Source: a virus
Lineage: Duplodnaviria > Heunggongvirae > Uroviricota > Caudoviricetes
IMG/VR virus record: IMGVR_UViG_3300037067_004979
Coordinates: 74,733 to 106,335 of that record
Length of the DNA stretch: 31,603 nt
Strand: one strand, 5' to 3'
This document shows, in pieces, positions 17,173 to 25,067 of this stretch (within the stretch, counting starts at the first letter, position 1; the number at the start of each line of letters is the position of its first letter). The notes below the pieces were generated by a model that worked only from the letters and a program-made list of their open reading frames with translations, had not been told where the DNA came from and searched no databases. The translations under genes were made by a program, and so were the position numbers.

Positions 17173-17780
17173 TAAATGTATTTAAAGCACCATTTTCAGA
17201 AAATGATACATTTTTAATTAAATTAATTAAGTTTAATTTGGCAGAAGAAAAACTTAATATTTTATGTAGTAGTGATGAGTACTTAGATTTAAAAATTAAA
17301 AGATTCAGAGAAAAGAATACATCTACATCTGGATTTGAGAAGTTTGAGAAAAAAGCATCTTTAAGTAGGCCATTAGACTCTCTAGAAGGTTCTATATATA
17401 CTTATACATGTGAAATTAGAAATAATGATACATATAGTGAATCTATAGATCATATTAAAACTCTTGTTAGTAAGAATTCAAGGAGGGCTATTTTAAGATT
17501 TTTAAATTCTGGATGGTCTTACTATTCATCAGAAACTATAAATAAAAAACTTAATGTTACATGTCTAGCCTATATTCAATACTTTAAAGACAGAGTTTCT
17601 ATTGTATTCAGAGCTAGTGATTTACAAGAAGAGCTGTTTGTTGATATAATAACTATATATGAATTTTTTATAAAGCCAATTTATAATATTCCTATAAATA
17701 TAGAAATATATTCTACTTCAGTTCAGAATCATTTATATTTTGGTGATTTAATTAATAAGCTGGAACTATTGGAGGGATGA
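17166..17780 (+). CDS. Second, shortened and divergent thymidylate-synthase-fold protein
   Basis: SRRAI, NVTCLAYIQY (Cys at the PC position), FRASDLQEELFVD (same R-x-x-D...D spacing), NHLY. Confidence 0.6.
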   Translation: MLVNVFKAPFSENDTFLIKLIKFNLAEEKLNILCSSDEYLDLKIKRFREKNTSTSGFEKFEKKASLSRPLDSLEGSIYTYTCEIRNNDTYSESIDHIKTLVSKNSRRAILRFLNSGWSYYSSETINKKLNVTCLAYIQYFKDRVSIVFRASDLQEELFVDIITIYEFFIKPIYNIPINIEIYSTSVQNHLYFGDLINKLELLEG

Positions 17781-18796
17781 TGCCTAAGAAAAAGAAGGAT
17801 GAAATTTCAGAAGAGTTTGATATAGATAAGCTAGCTGATTTAGCTAGTAAGTCTTTTAAGTGTGATATTGGTATTGCAAATAAACCAGAGTTTGCATTAT
17901 CTCTTGTCCAAACTGGATTACCAGTACTGGATAGATTACTGGGTGGAGGCTATCCAAGAGGTAGATTAAATATAATTACAGGGCCATTTGGTACTGGTAA
18001 GACATATATCTGCCATAACATAACTTCTAATTTTCAAAAGAATGGTTTATCATGTATATGGATAGATGCTGAGAGAAGATATAATCCTCAATGGGCTGAA
18101 AAGATTGGTGTTGATACAAATAAACTCATACTCAATAGGCCAACATTTGGAGAGGAAGCCATTGATCTTGTTCTATTCTATCTCAGCAAGAGGGTGGATC
18201 TCATTGTTATAGATTCAATAGCTGCCCTATCACCACTTGCTGAGTATGAGGCTGGTATGGAGCAAAAGTTCATGGGTTTGCAGAGTAATATGTTATCTAC
18301 TGCGTTTAGAAAGATAATTCCTGAAAATAATAACACTGTGTTGATATGCATTAACCAACTCAGGCAATCAATAGGTTCTAGATTTAATCCTGGTGTATTG
18401 AAGAAGATGCCTGGTGGAGATGCGCAGTATTTCTATGCCACATCAATTATGGAGGTAACTCGTAAGGGATGGATAACTGAGAAGGATGGTGATAGTGGTG
18501 GAGAAGAGGAGAAGCTCAGTGCAAAGAGACGTAGTGTTGGTTTTAATATAAACTGTTTCCTTGAGAAGTGTGATTTTGCATTGCCGTATAAATCATGTGA
18601 TCTACCATTCAACTTTACAACTGGTAAGATAGATAACACGTCTTCAATTGTTGATCTTGCTGTTGATTTAGAGCTAATCAAACACAGCGGTGCTTGGTTT
18701 TACTATGGTGAAGAGAAGTTTATGGGTAAGCAGGCCATGTTGGATTGGTTTAATGAGGATATAGCTAGATTGGATAAACTAAGGAGCTCCATATGA
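17777..18796 (+). CDS. recA: RecA recombinase
   Basis: GPFGTGKT, WIDAE, VIDSIAAL, CINQLR, PGG.A..FYA, GAWFYYGEEKF.GK. Confidence 0.93.
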   Translation: MMPKKKKDEISEEFDIDKLADLASKSFKCDIGIANKPEFALSLVQTGLPVLDRLLGGGYPRGRLNIITGPFGTGKTYICHNITSNFQKNGLSCIWIDAERRYNPQWAEKIGVDTNKLILNRPTFGEEAIDLVLFYLSKRVDLIVIDSIAALSPLAEYEAGMEQKFMGLQSNMLSTAFRKIIPENNNTVLICINQLRQSIGSRFNPGVLKKMPGGDAQYFYATSIMEVTRKGWITEKDGDSGGEEEKLSAKRRSVGFNINCFLEKCDFALPYKSCDLPFNFTTGKIDNTSSIVDLAVDLELIKHSGAWFYYGEEKFMGKQAMLDWFNEDIARLDKLRSSI

Positions 18797-19041
18797 ACAG
18801 GAGAATAAAGTTAATTCTCATAAGAAGTAAGGTCTGTCCTGAAGGAGGCATAAATCACATGGCTTCTGTTAGGGATCTCGATTATGCTAGATACTGTCCA
18901 GTTTGTGGTAAGGCTCTCGTAGTCAGAAAATGTAATAAGTGTAACAGTGAAATGGATCTAGACTGGATCTACTGTACTAAGTGTGGAAAGGGGGATTCTG
19001 AAAGAATACAGAAAAAAATGTTGGAGAAATTAAATCAATGA
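18793..19041 (+). CDS. Double zinc-ribbon protein
   Basis: CPVC...CNKC...CTKC; ends KKMLEKLNQ. Confidence 0.8.
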   Translation: MNRRIKLILIRSKVCPEGGINHMASVRDLDYARYCPVCGKALVVRKCNKCNSEMDLDWIYCTKCGKGDSERIQKKMLEKLNQ

Positions 19042-19238
19042 GATGGAAGGTACATTTGAAGGGTAATGGTGAATTTTTCTTTTTAGGTGAGAGGAAGCTT
19101 TCTAAGTTTGGTAGTTCTGAGGATATCATTGGATTCTATTTGGTTAATGTAGAAGTTGACGGTCAGAGTGACCATAAATTAGATCATCCTGTCTATATAC
19201 CATGGAATTCTGTTTTGTATATTGAAGAAATACCATGA
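19038..19238 (+). CDS. Small beta-rich hypothetical protein (possibly Sm/Hfq-like fold)
   Basis: Ends VYIPWNSVLYIEEIP, an Sm2-like pattern; coupled ATGA overlaps. Confidence 0.6.
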   Translation: MRWKVHLKGNGEFFFLGERKLSKFGSSEDIIGFYLVNVEVDGQSDHKLDHPVYIPWNSVLYIEEIP

Positions 19239-19447
19239 TTAAATTAAGTGAAAAGCGTAGATGGTATAAGAAATATATACAAGCATGCATGCTGACTGAA
19301 TTTGGTGATTGTGACAAACCATTTATTGATTTTATAAATGAAGTAATTATTTATTTTAAGGATAATAGTGATGAAATATGGGGTTACATAAATCTAAGGG
19401 AATCACGGAGACATAAAGTAGCCCCATTTAAGAAGGTTAAATTTTGA
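19235..19447 (+). CDS. Hypothetical protein
   Basis: 70-aa coupled ORF. Confidence 0.55.
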   Translation: MIKLSEKRRWYKKYIQACMLTEFGDCDKPFIDFINEVIIYFKDNSDEIWGYINLRESRRHKVAPFKKVKF

Positions 19448-19770
19448 CAGATACACACTATACAGATAAACAAATAGAGGTAGCAGGATGGATAATGAAT
19501 CTTGGTTTTCAGGTAGAGTTAGAGCAGGTGCTCGGTAGATACTGTCTGGATATATACCTACCTGAGATACATGCTGCTGTGGAGATTGATGGTGATTCAC
19601 ACTATCAAAAGAAGGATGATAAGAGAGATCTGTGGCTTAAGGAAAACTATAAGTTGGATCACATACTACATCTTGATTTTAGTGTAAGGAAGAGTGAGTT
19701 TAAGAGAATATTCTTAACTTGGATAGAGAGGAATTTTAGTGGAGAAGAAACTGAAAAAGGGTCTAGCTAA
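19444..19770 (+). CDS. DUF559/Vsr-like endonuclease
   Basis: EQVLGRYCLDIYLP....VEIDGDSHY...DDKRDLWL. Confidence 0.85.
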   Translation: MTDTHYTDKQIEVAGWIMNLGFQVELEQVLGRYCLDIYLPEIHAAVEIDGDSHYQKKDDKRDLWLKENYKLDHILHLDFSVRKSEFKRIFLTWIERNFSGEETEKGSS

Positions 19771-20491
19771 TATACGAAATTTTGCCAGCTCCAAGAACTG
19801 GGTTGAGCAGCTGATTGATGATTTTCTTGATGGTAGAGTAGAGGAAAATAGGTCAGGGAGAGATTTTCATCCATCAGCTGCTGGGAAGTGCCCTAGATTA
19901 ATACAGCTGTCTATGATGGGGTTAATACAAGAGTATCATGAACCAAGAGTAAAGCGAATATTTGATGCTGGTCATGATATGCATAATAGATACAAGAGAT
20001 ACTTTGAGAGGGCTGGAAAACTCATTGCTGAGGAGGAGAGTGCCAGGGCAAAGATAGATGGTGTATCAATAGTTGGTAGAGCTGACTTGATTGTTAAGGA
20101 TTTCAAGGGTAACAAGCACCTACTTGAGCTCAAGACTGTAAATTCCAGGAGATTTGAGGAGATACTAAAGAAGGGTATATACTATGAGGATCACTTTATA
20201 CAGTGGAATCTATATTCTGGTATTCTTAAACTTTATGGTGGTGAAATACTCTATGAGAATAAGGATGACCAGCGTATGAAGATATTTCATGTAGAGTTTA
20301 ATGATGAAAAGTTTGTTAGAACAATCAACATGTTTAAGGCTGTTGACTATCACATAGAGAGAGGATTACTAATAAGAAAGCCTGACGTCTGTGATGCAAA
20401 GTTCTGTGTTGCAAAAAACTACTGTAAGGAAAACAAGGACACACAGAAGGTAGATGTTAATGTTAAAATAGGTGGTAATAAACAAAAATAA
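19739..20491 (+). CDS. Cas4-like PD-(D/E)XK exonuclease (non-CRISPR)
   Basis: FHPSAAGKCPR, GHDMH, GRADLIV, LELKT, QWNLY, C-terminal C..KFC..KNYC (four Cys, possible 4Fe-4S). Confidence 0.85.
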   Translation: MEKKLKKGLANIRNFASSKNWVEQLIDDFLDGRVEENRSGRDFHPSAAGKCPRLIQLSMMGLIQEYHEPRVKRIFDAGHDMHNRYKRYFERAGKLIAEEESARAKIDGVSIVGRADLIVKDFKGNKHLLELKTVNSRRFEEILKKGIYYEDHFIQWNLYSGILKLYGGEILYENKDDQRMKIFHVEFNDEKFVRTINMFKAVDYHIERGLLIRKPDVCDAKFCVAKNYCKENKDTQKVDVNVKIGGNKQK

Positions 20492-20534
20492 GGGGTAATA
20501 AAAATTAGATTAATTGATATTATGGGATTAACGA

Positions 20535-20750
20535 ATGAATAAACCTAAATGGATGCCAGAGAACATATACAGCAATCGAGGCGGTTATGATGATTCAGCC
20601 ATTTCGTTTGGCTATAACAAAGGTTCTCTTGATACAGCAAAAGCAATACTGGAATATCAAATCAAATATTGGTCTGGTTTCGAAGGGCAGGAATTTGTTG
20701 TAGCGCATTTCCAGTTCATGCTTAAAGAAATTGAGGAGGCACTAAAATGA
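20535..20750 (+). CDS. Hypothetical protein
   Basis: 71-aa ORF coupled to the next gene. Confidence 0.65.
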   Translation: MNKPKWMPENIYSNRGGYDDSAISFGYNKGSLDTAKAILEYQIKYWSGFEGQEFVVAHFQFMLKEIEEALK

Positions 20751-20998
20751 AGCTGATAAAAGAATCTGCACCTGCAGATAAAATAGCCTATCATGTACCT
20801 GATATAGAAGTCACACTGGATGACACTAAAGTCCATATAATCATGCCTGGGGGGATGCTTAAATCAGCTGATGCTTCAACTACAATCATCTACCATAAAG
20901 GCAAGGTCTATGAAGTACCAAAGGCAAAAGTACGCAAAGATGCCTACGGTGCATACTTTTCAATTATGGATTTCGAATCTCTGCCGGAGGTTAAATAA
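20747..20998 (+). CDS. Hypothetical protein
   Basis: 83 aa, GAGGAGG RBS. Confidence 0.7.
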   Translation: MKLIKESAPADKIAYHVPDIEVTLDDTKVHIIMPGGMLKSADASTTIIYHKGKVYEVPKAKVRKDAYGAYFSIMDFESLPEVK

Positions 20999-20999
20999 C

Positions 21000-21302
21000 A
21001 TGTCAGAATATGTAGTAATCATAGTTGATGATGAGAAGTTACCTGATCAAAGGTTTTGCAATGGGACTGGGTATTGGGCTTGTTCATTTAAACAAAAGCA
21101 GTGTGTGGAATGCCCTAAAGATTGCCCTGTAGCCAAGATATACAAGAAAGGTCAGCAATCCCTGATCTCTCAAGCAAAGCCGATAAGAGAATTTATTCGT
21201 ATTGTATTACAAGCCAGTAAAGCGTGGGAAGATGGGGCTAACAAAGATGTAAGTAATTATGAGTTTATCACCTCTCAATTTATACAGGAGGGAAAAGAAT
21301 GA
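21000..21302 (+). CDS. Cys-rich hypothetical protein
   Basis: Start ATG 21000 (in frame with track ORF 20871); C-x8-C-x6-CxxC-x3-C. Confidence 0.65.
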   Translation: MSEYVVIIVDDEKLPDQRFCNGTGYWACSFKQKQCVECPKDCPVAKIYKKGQQSLISQAKPIREFIRIVLQASKAWEDGANKDVSNYEFITSQFIQEGKE

Positions 21303-21625
21303 ACATAATAGATAAATTCCTAAAATCTTTCCAAGTTATTGAGGATGAACTGATTGATTCTGAACATATAACCCACATAAGGAATAATCAATACTGCGGG
21401 TATTGTTTGAATTATATAGTGACAGGTATTAAATACGACGGGACTAACCACCGTGCTGTGCATGATTGCAGTAAACATGCCAAAACATTCAATGGTATAC
21501 ATGAAGGAGATTGTGATAGTTTTTTACACAATAGAAATATAAATGACCATGAAGCATGGAAACAACTGCAACAACGAAAGAAAGAGTATTTGCTTTTACT
21601 GCAAGTCATACAGGAGGGGAAATAA
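21299..21625 (+). CDS. Hypothetical protein with Cys/His cluster
   Basis: YCGYC...HDC...GDC; GGAGGG RBS. Confidence 0.65.
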   Translation: MNIIDKFLKSFQVIEDELIDSEHITHIRNNQYCGYCLNYIVTGIKYDGTNHRAVHDCSKHAKTFNGIHEGDCDSFLHNRNINDHEAWKQLQQRKKEYLLLLQVIQEGK

Positions 21626-21703
21626 TGGGGCTATTTAACTATGTTGATTTTAAGGAGAATTGTCCTGTGTGCAATCAACCGGGGATTAAGTGTGAGGTAG
21701 CAC

Positions 21704-21937
21704 ATGGATAGTAACAAATTACATAATCATCCTGGCATGGAATCAAGACTATGCATTGATAAAGAGCATGTCATTATTGACCGTGAGGTTTATGACCGAT
21801 TATTTCAAGATGCTAAATCCGTCAAGGCTGTGATAGAGAAGATCGAGGAGTTCAAGGTTACAATATTTGGGTTAACCTTTACCTTAATACCTGAAAAGGA
21901 TTTGCTACAACTTAAATCTGAATTAGGAGTGGAATAA
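21704..21937 (+). CDS. Hypothetical protein
   Basis: 77 aa, GAGG RBS. Confidence 0.65.
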   Translation: MDSNKLHNHPGMESRLCIDKEHVIIDREVYDRLFQDAKSVKAVIEKIEEFKVTIFGLTFTLIPEKDLLQLKSELGVE

Positions 21938-22113
21938 TGATCCGCATAGTCAAAGAAGGTGCAAAACCTATTAAGCGTATACCTCCTGGTGCGCCTGAGA
22001 ATGTACCACAAAATTGTTATTGGGAGACTGATACTGTAGAGATTGATATAGATGAAGCACCACCAGAAGTTAAAAAGTGGCTTGCTGAAAAGCTGGGGGT
22101 TCACCATGAGTAA
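21937..22113 (+). CDS. Hypothetical protein (58 aa, not in ORF track)
   Basis: MIRIVKEGAKPIKRIPPGAPEN...WLAEKLGVHHE*; TAATG coupling, AGGAG RBS. Confidence 0.6.
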   Translation: MIRIVKEGAKPIKRIPPGAPENVPQNCYWETDTVEIDIDEAPPEVKKWLAEKLGVHHE

Positions 22114-22333
22114 AGTTATATTGGATTGCAAAAGAACATGTCCTAATAAGGCAAATGACCCATGTGATCCTGAAGATTGCCTTAAAGCCCAAGCTCGTCA
22201 CTTCTGGGAGTATCTCAATGAGACTTGCAATGAGCATGAAGCTACACAGAGAAATGGACACCGGCATCCCCATCGTTATCGTTGCCCCGAATGTCTGAAG
22301 CAAATTAACAAGGAGTTAGGTGTATATGAGTGA
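22106..22333 (+). CDS. Cys-rich hypothetical protein
   Basis: Start ATG 22106 (MSKVILDCKRTC); C-terminal CPEC. Confidence 0.65.
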   Translation: MSKVILDCKRTCPNKANDPCDPEDCLKAQARHFWEYLNETCNEHEATQRNGHRHPHRYRCPECLKQINKELGVYE

Positions 22334-22805
22334 AAATAACATAATAGAAAAGATAAATGAGAAGATAAAATCATACCCTCTCCCAAAAAAGCCAGTCTCA
22401 TTTGGTGGTGAGTACACATTTCCAGAGGATATATCCAATGTAACATCAATTGATCTGGGGCAGTGGATGTTTAAGTTAGCAGCCTGGAAGGGTTATGCAT
22501 TAAAGAGATTATCATTTGCTGAGACTGAGTTGTCAATTGTGGATGATTCATATGATGCTCTGTTAGCAAAGGCTCTTGCTACAATGAGTCCAGACAAGAT
22601 GTTAAAGAAGGAGGCCATGATAGGTAAGGCTCTCAACTCAGATGAGAGATTACAGAAGTTAAAGGAACGAGTTATATCTATGTCTGGTGAGGTTGCTGGA
22701 ATCAGAAGAGTGGTTGAGATCTATACCATGCAGCTGGAAATAGTATCTAGGGAGATATCTAGGAGGTCAATGGATGTGAGGAAGGGTATGTCTGTACATG
22801 AATAA
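22326..22805 (+). CDS. Coiled-coil protein, UvsY-like recombination mediator candidate
   Basis: Long heptad helices ending VSREISRR, a pattern seen in UvsY-like phage proteins. Confidence 0.5.
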   Translation: MSENNIIEKINEKIKSYPLPKKPVSFGGEYTFPEDISNVTSIDLGQWMFKLAAWKGYALKRLSFAETELSIVDDSYDALLAKALATMSPDKMLKKEAMIGKALNSDERLQKLKERVISMSGEVAGIRRVVEIYTMQLEIVSREISRRSMDVRKGMSVHE

Positions 22806-23241
22806 GGTTATATATACTGTGTTTATAAATAATATTGGTAAGATAATAATAGATGATGTAGTAAATGATGATATAGAGCATGCTAAGTTCTTGATGTCTC
22901 AGGCTAGATGTGGTTGGAGATCAGAATTTAATATTCCAGTACCTATTGAGATACTTGATTCTAATAAATCACCAGAATGGGACTGCTTTGTAAAAATAAA
23001 TGATACCTGTGATACTGATGTGGTTCACGATTTTTATGAATCTGATAGATCATTGATAGATAATAAGAGACTGAAAGATCTTGGTGATATCTATGTATCT
23101 GACTCAATATATCATATTTTTAAGATAAATCCACAAAAAATGAAGAAGTATTTTAAAGCAATACCCAAAAAAGATGCTGATACAATAAAGAGAGATTTTA
23201 TGCTGCGTAATTTAGAGGGAGAAAATAGTGATCAAGAATAA
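22798..23241 (+). CDS. Hypothetical protein
   Basis: 147 aa, coupled to the FtsZ-like gene; ends MLRNLEGENSDQE. Confidence 0.7.
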   Translation: MNKVIYTVFINNIGKIIIDDVVNDDIEHAKFLMSQARCGWRSEFNIPVPIEILDSNKSPEWDCFVKINDTCDTDVVHDFYESDRSLIDNKRLKDLGDIYVSDSIYHIFKINPQKMKKYFKAIPKKDADTIKRDFMLRNLEGENSDQE

Positions 23242-24223
23242 GCTATTTAATGCCCCAGTTATTCTATCATTTGGTAGTGGGGCCGGTAAGATAATATCAC
23301 AGTTAAGTATTCCCAGCGTGTATAAGATTGCAGTTAACTCATCAGAGAGAGATTTGATGCTAATTGATAAGAGAGTTGATTCAATTGTTATTTGTGGTAA
23401 GGGTAATGGGTCTGGGATGGATCCGGATCAAGGCCAGGCAGACTTCTCATCTAGGTCCAAGAGTGTTGGCAAGGAGATAGAGGAGGCTATAGAGGAATCT
23501 AGATCAAGAGATATAGATATGATACCATGCATATTTAGTCTAGGTCATGGATTTGGTAGTGGTAGTATATACCCAGCAATAGAGTTTCTTAGAGATAGGT
23601 ATAAGAATGCAGTTATACTGCCATTTGTTGTGACTCCATTTACCTGGGAGGGAAAGCCTGTTATTGATAGAGCATATCTAGCACTGTCAAGAGCTATCCA
23701 ACTCAGTACATGTGTTGTTATCTCTAATGAGGAGGTTGGATCACAGTATGGGGATATTGGGGTTGGTTATGACAGAATCAATGGTCTGATTGGTGATGCC
23801 ATATCAACAATACTGAGGTCATTCTCTGCTACAGATGGTATCATACAGACTGTTGATAAGAATGACTTTGGCAAGTTCTTTAGAGGAGATATGGCTACTG
23901 TCAGACACATGAAGATAAAGTCTGCAAAGGATCTCAGGTTTTCTGATATCAAGGATGGAATAGGACGTCGTTGGATTAAGGTTGATGCTAAGGTGTTTAA
24001 GCCAGCTCATAAGCTAAATATCTTCTACATCCTTGACGGGAAGGGCCCGTTTAATCCACAGGTTTTGGGGGATATAAGTGATAACATCAGTAAGAAGGAT
24101 TACATTAATATGGAGTACATAAAGCCACTCTTGATACAAAGGAAATCAAGTGGATGTGATTTTGTATGGATGGAATCTGGCTTTAAATTAAAGTTGGATA
24201 AAAACATATATGGAGAATATTGA
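23228..24223 (+). CDS. Divergent FtsZ/tubulin-superfamily GTPase
   Basis: T1 SFGSGAGKI, T2 AVNSSERDL, T3 GNGSGMDPDQG, T4 SLGHGFGSG, T5 TPFTWEG, T6 ISNE, T7 GIIQTVDKNDF in the correct order and spacing. Confidence 0.85.
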   Translation: MIKNKLFNAPVILSFGSGAGKIISQLSIPSVYKIAVNSSERDLMLIDKRVDSIVICGKGNGSGMDPDQGQADFSSRSKSVGKEIEEAIEESRSRDIDMIPCIFSLGHGFGSGSIYPAIEFLRDRYKNAVILPFVVTPFTWEGKPVIDRAYLALSRAIQLSTCVVISNEEVGSQYGDIGVGYDRINGLIGDAISTILRSFSATDGIIQTVDKNDFGKFFRGDMATVRHMKIKSAKDLRFSDIKDGIGRRWIKVDAKVFKPAHKLNIFYILDGKGPFNPQVLGDISDNISKKDYINMEYIKPLLIQRKSSGCDFVWMESGFKLKLDKNIYGEY

Positions 24224-24241
24224 TGAAAATAAGGAGAATGA

Positions 24242-24505
24242 ATGATTATGAAAGTAGGTTTATTTTTAGTATGTATTGTGTTTGTCCTGTTATTTTCTAG
24301 TTGTGCACCATCAGTTGTGTCACCTTTTAATTCTAGAGTAGACCTTGATAATTTTTGTTTAATACATTATTACTATGATTCTACACATGAGGTAGGAATA
24401 TGGCATGTAAAGAATGGGTATGGTGAGAGCCTATTTGTTCTTCCAGCATCACAGTTTAAGAACGCAGAAAAGATGACGGTGTTAGAGCCATTAAGAAATA
24501 GATAA
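24242..24505 (+). CDS. Putative lipoprotein
   Basis: K + hydrophobic stretch + LLFSS-C lipobox-like. Confidence 0.65.
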   Translation: MIMKVGLFLVCIVFVLLFSSCAPSVVSPFNSRVDLDNFCLIHYYYDSTHEVGIWHVKNGYGESLFVLPASQFKNAEKMTVLEPLRNR

Positions 24506-24655
24506 ATGATATTTATTAAAGTTTGTATGGCATTACTTACTATTTTGGGAGCAGGTTTGATTTTTATAGGAGAAAAAGCTGGTATAGTGGTTATTACTAT
24601 GGGATTTTTCGGTTTTATATTAGCATTTGCTCCAGTAGGAGGGGGACCACAATAA
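24506..24655 (+). CDS. Small two-TM membrane protein (49 aa, not in ORF track)
   Basis: MIFIKVCMALLTILGAGLIFIGEKAGIVVITMGFFGFILAFAPVGGGPQ*; TAATG coupling to the next gene. Confidence 0.6.
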   Translation: MIFIKVCMALLTILGAGLIFIGEKAGIVVITMGFFGFILAFAPVGGGPQ

Positions 24656-24780
24656 TGAATGATTTTTACGATAAGTTTAAAAAGTCTTTAGATGATGGAA
24701 GAAGAGAGGCTTTTATAATAATTTTAGTTATCATAATAGGAATACTTTTTGCTTGTTTTGGGTGGGCATTTATAAAATGA
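24655..24780 (+). CDS. Small single-TM protein (41 aa)
   Basis: MNDFYDKFKKSLDDGRREAFIIILVIIIGILFACFGWAFIK*; GGAGGGGG upstream. Confidence 0.6.
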   Translation: MNDFYDKFKKSLDDGRREAFIIILVIIIGILFACFGWAFIK

Positions 24781-25007
24781 ATGATATAGATAAACTAAGA
24801 GAAAAACACAGGTTAGAGATTGAATATCTTAGAAATACCTGCCCACACACAGAGTTTAGGATTCTTAAGTTTGGGCATATTATACATCCAATGAATTTCA
24901 GTCACTTCTCTAGGGTGTGTGATAACTGTGAGAAGGATATAGAGAGACTAGATCCACATGTTGTGGTTTATAATGTTAAGAAGAAGTGCTATGAGATAAG
25001 GGAATAA
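24777..25007 (+). CDS. Zinc-binding hypothetical protein
   Basis: CPH...CDNC; ATGA overlap. Confidence 0.65.
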   Translation: MNDIDKLREKHRLEIEYLRNTCPHTEFRILKFGHIIHPMNFSHFSRVCDNCEKDIERLDPHVVVYNVKKKCYEIRE

Positions 25008-25029
25008 AAAATAATAAGTAACTTGTTTG

Positions 25030-25038
25030 TGATATAAT
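25030..25038 (+). promoter_or_regulatory. Extended -10 promoter (TGnTATAAT)
   Basis: TGATATAAT in the intergenic gap, followed by GAAGGAG RBS and ATG 25068. Confidence 0.6.
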
Positions 25039-25067
25039 ATATATGGTATTTTGAAGGAGTGATGGTA

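Noticed and set aside
19444-19472. Perfect TTGACA -35 box
   Set aside because: It coincides with a TTG start codon in a coupled gene junction, and the hexamer 17 nt downstream (TAAACA) is a weak -10.
19739-20491. CRISPR-Cas association of the Cas4-like gene
   Set aside because: No repeat-spacer array or other cas genes are visible; solo Cas4-like nucleases are common in phage recombination modules.
22798-24505. TubZRC-type partition system around the FtsZ-like gene
   Set aside because: No adjacent iterated centromere repeats and no clear TubR-like winged-helix gene; the intergenic spaces are only a few nucleotides.
24523-24780. 85-aa ORF as given in the track
   Set aside because: Better explained by two coupled membrane ORFs, 24506-24655 and 24655-24780.
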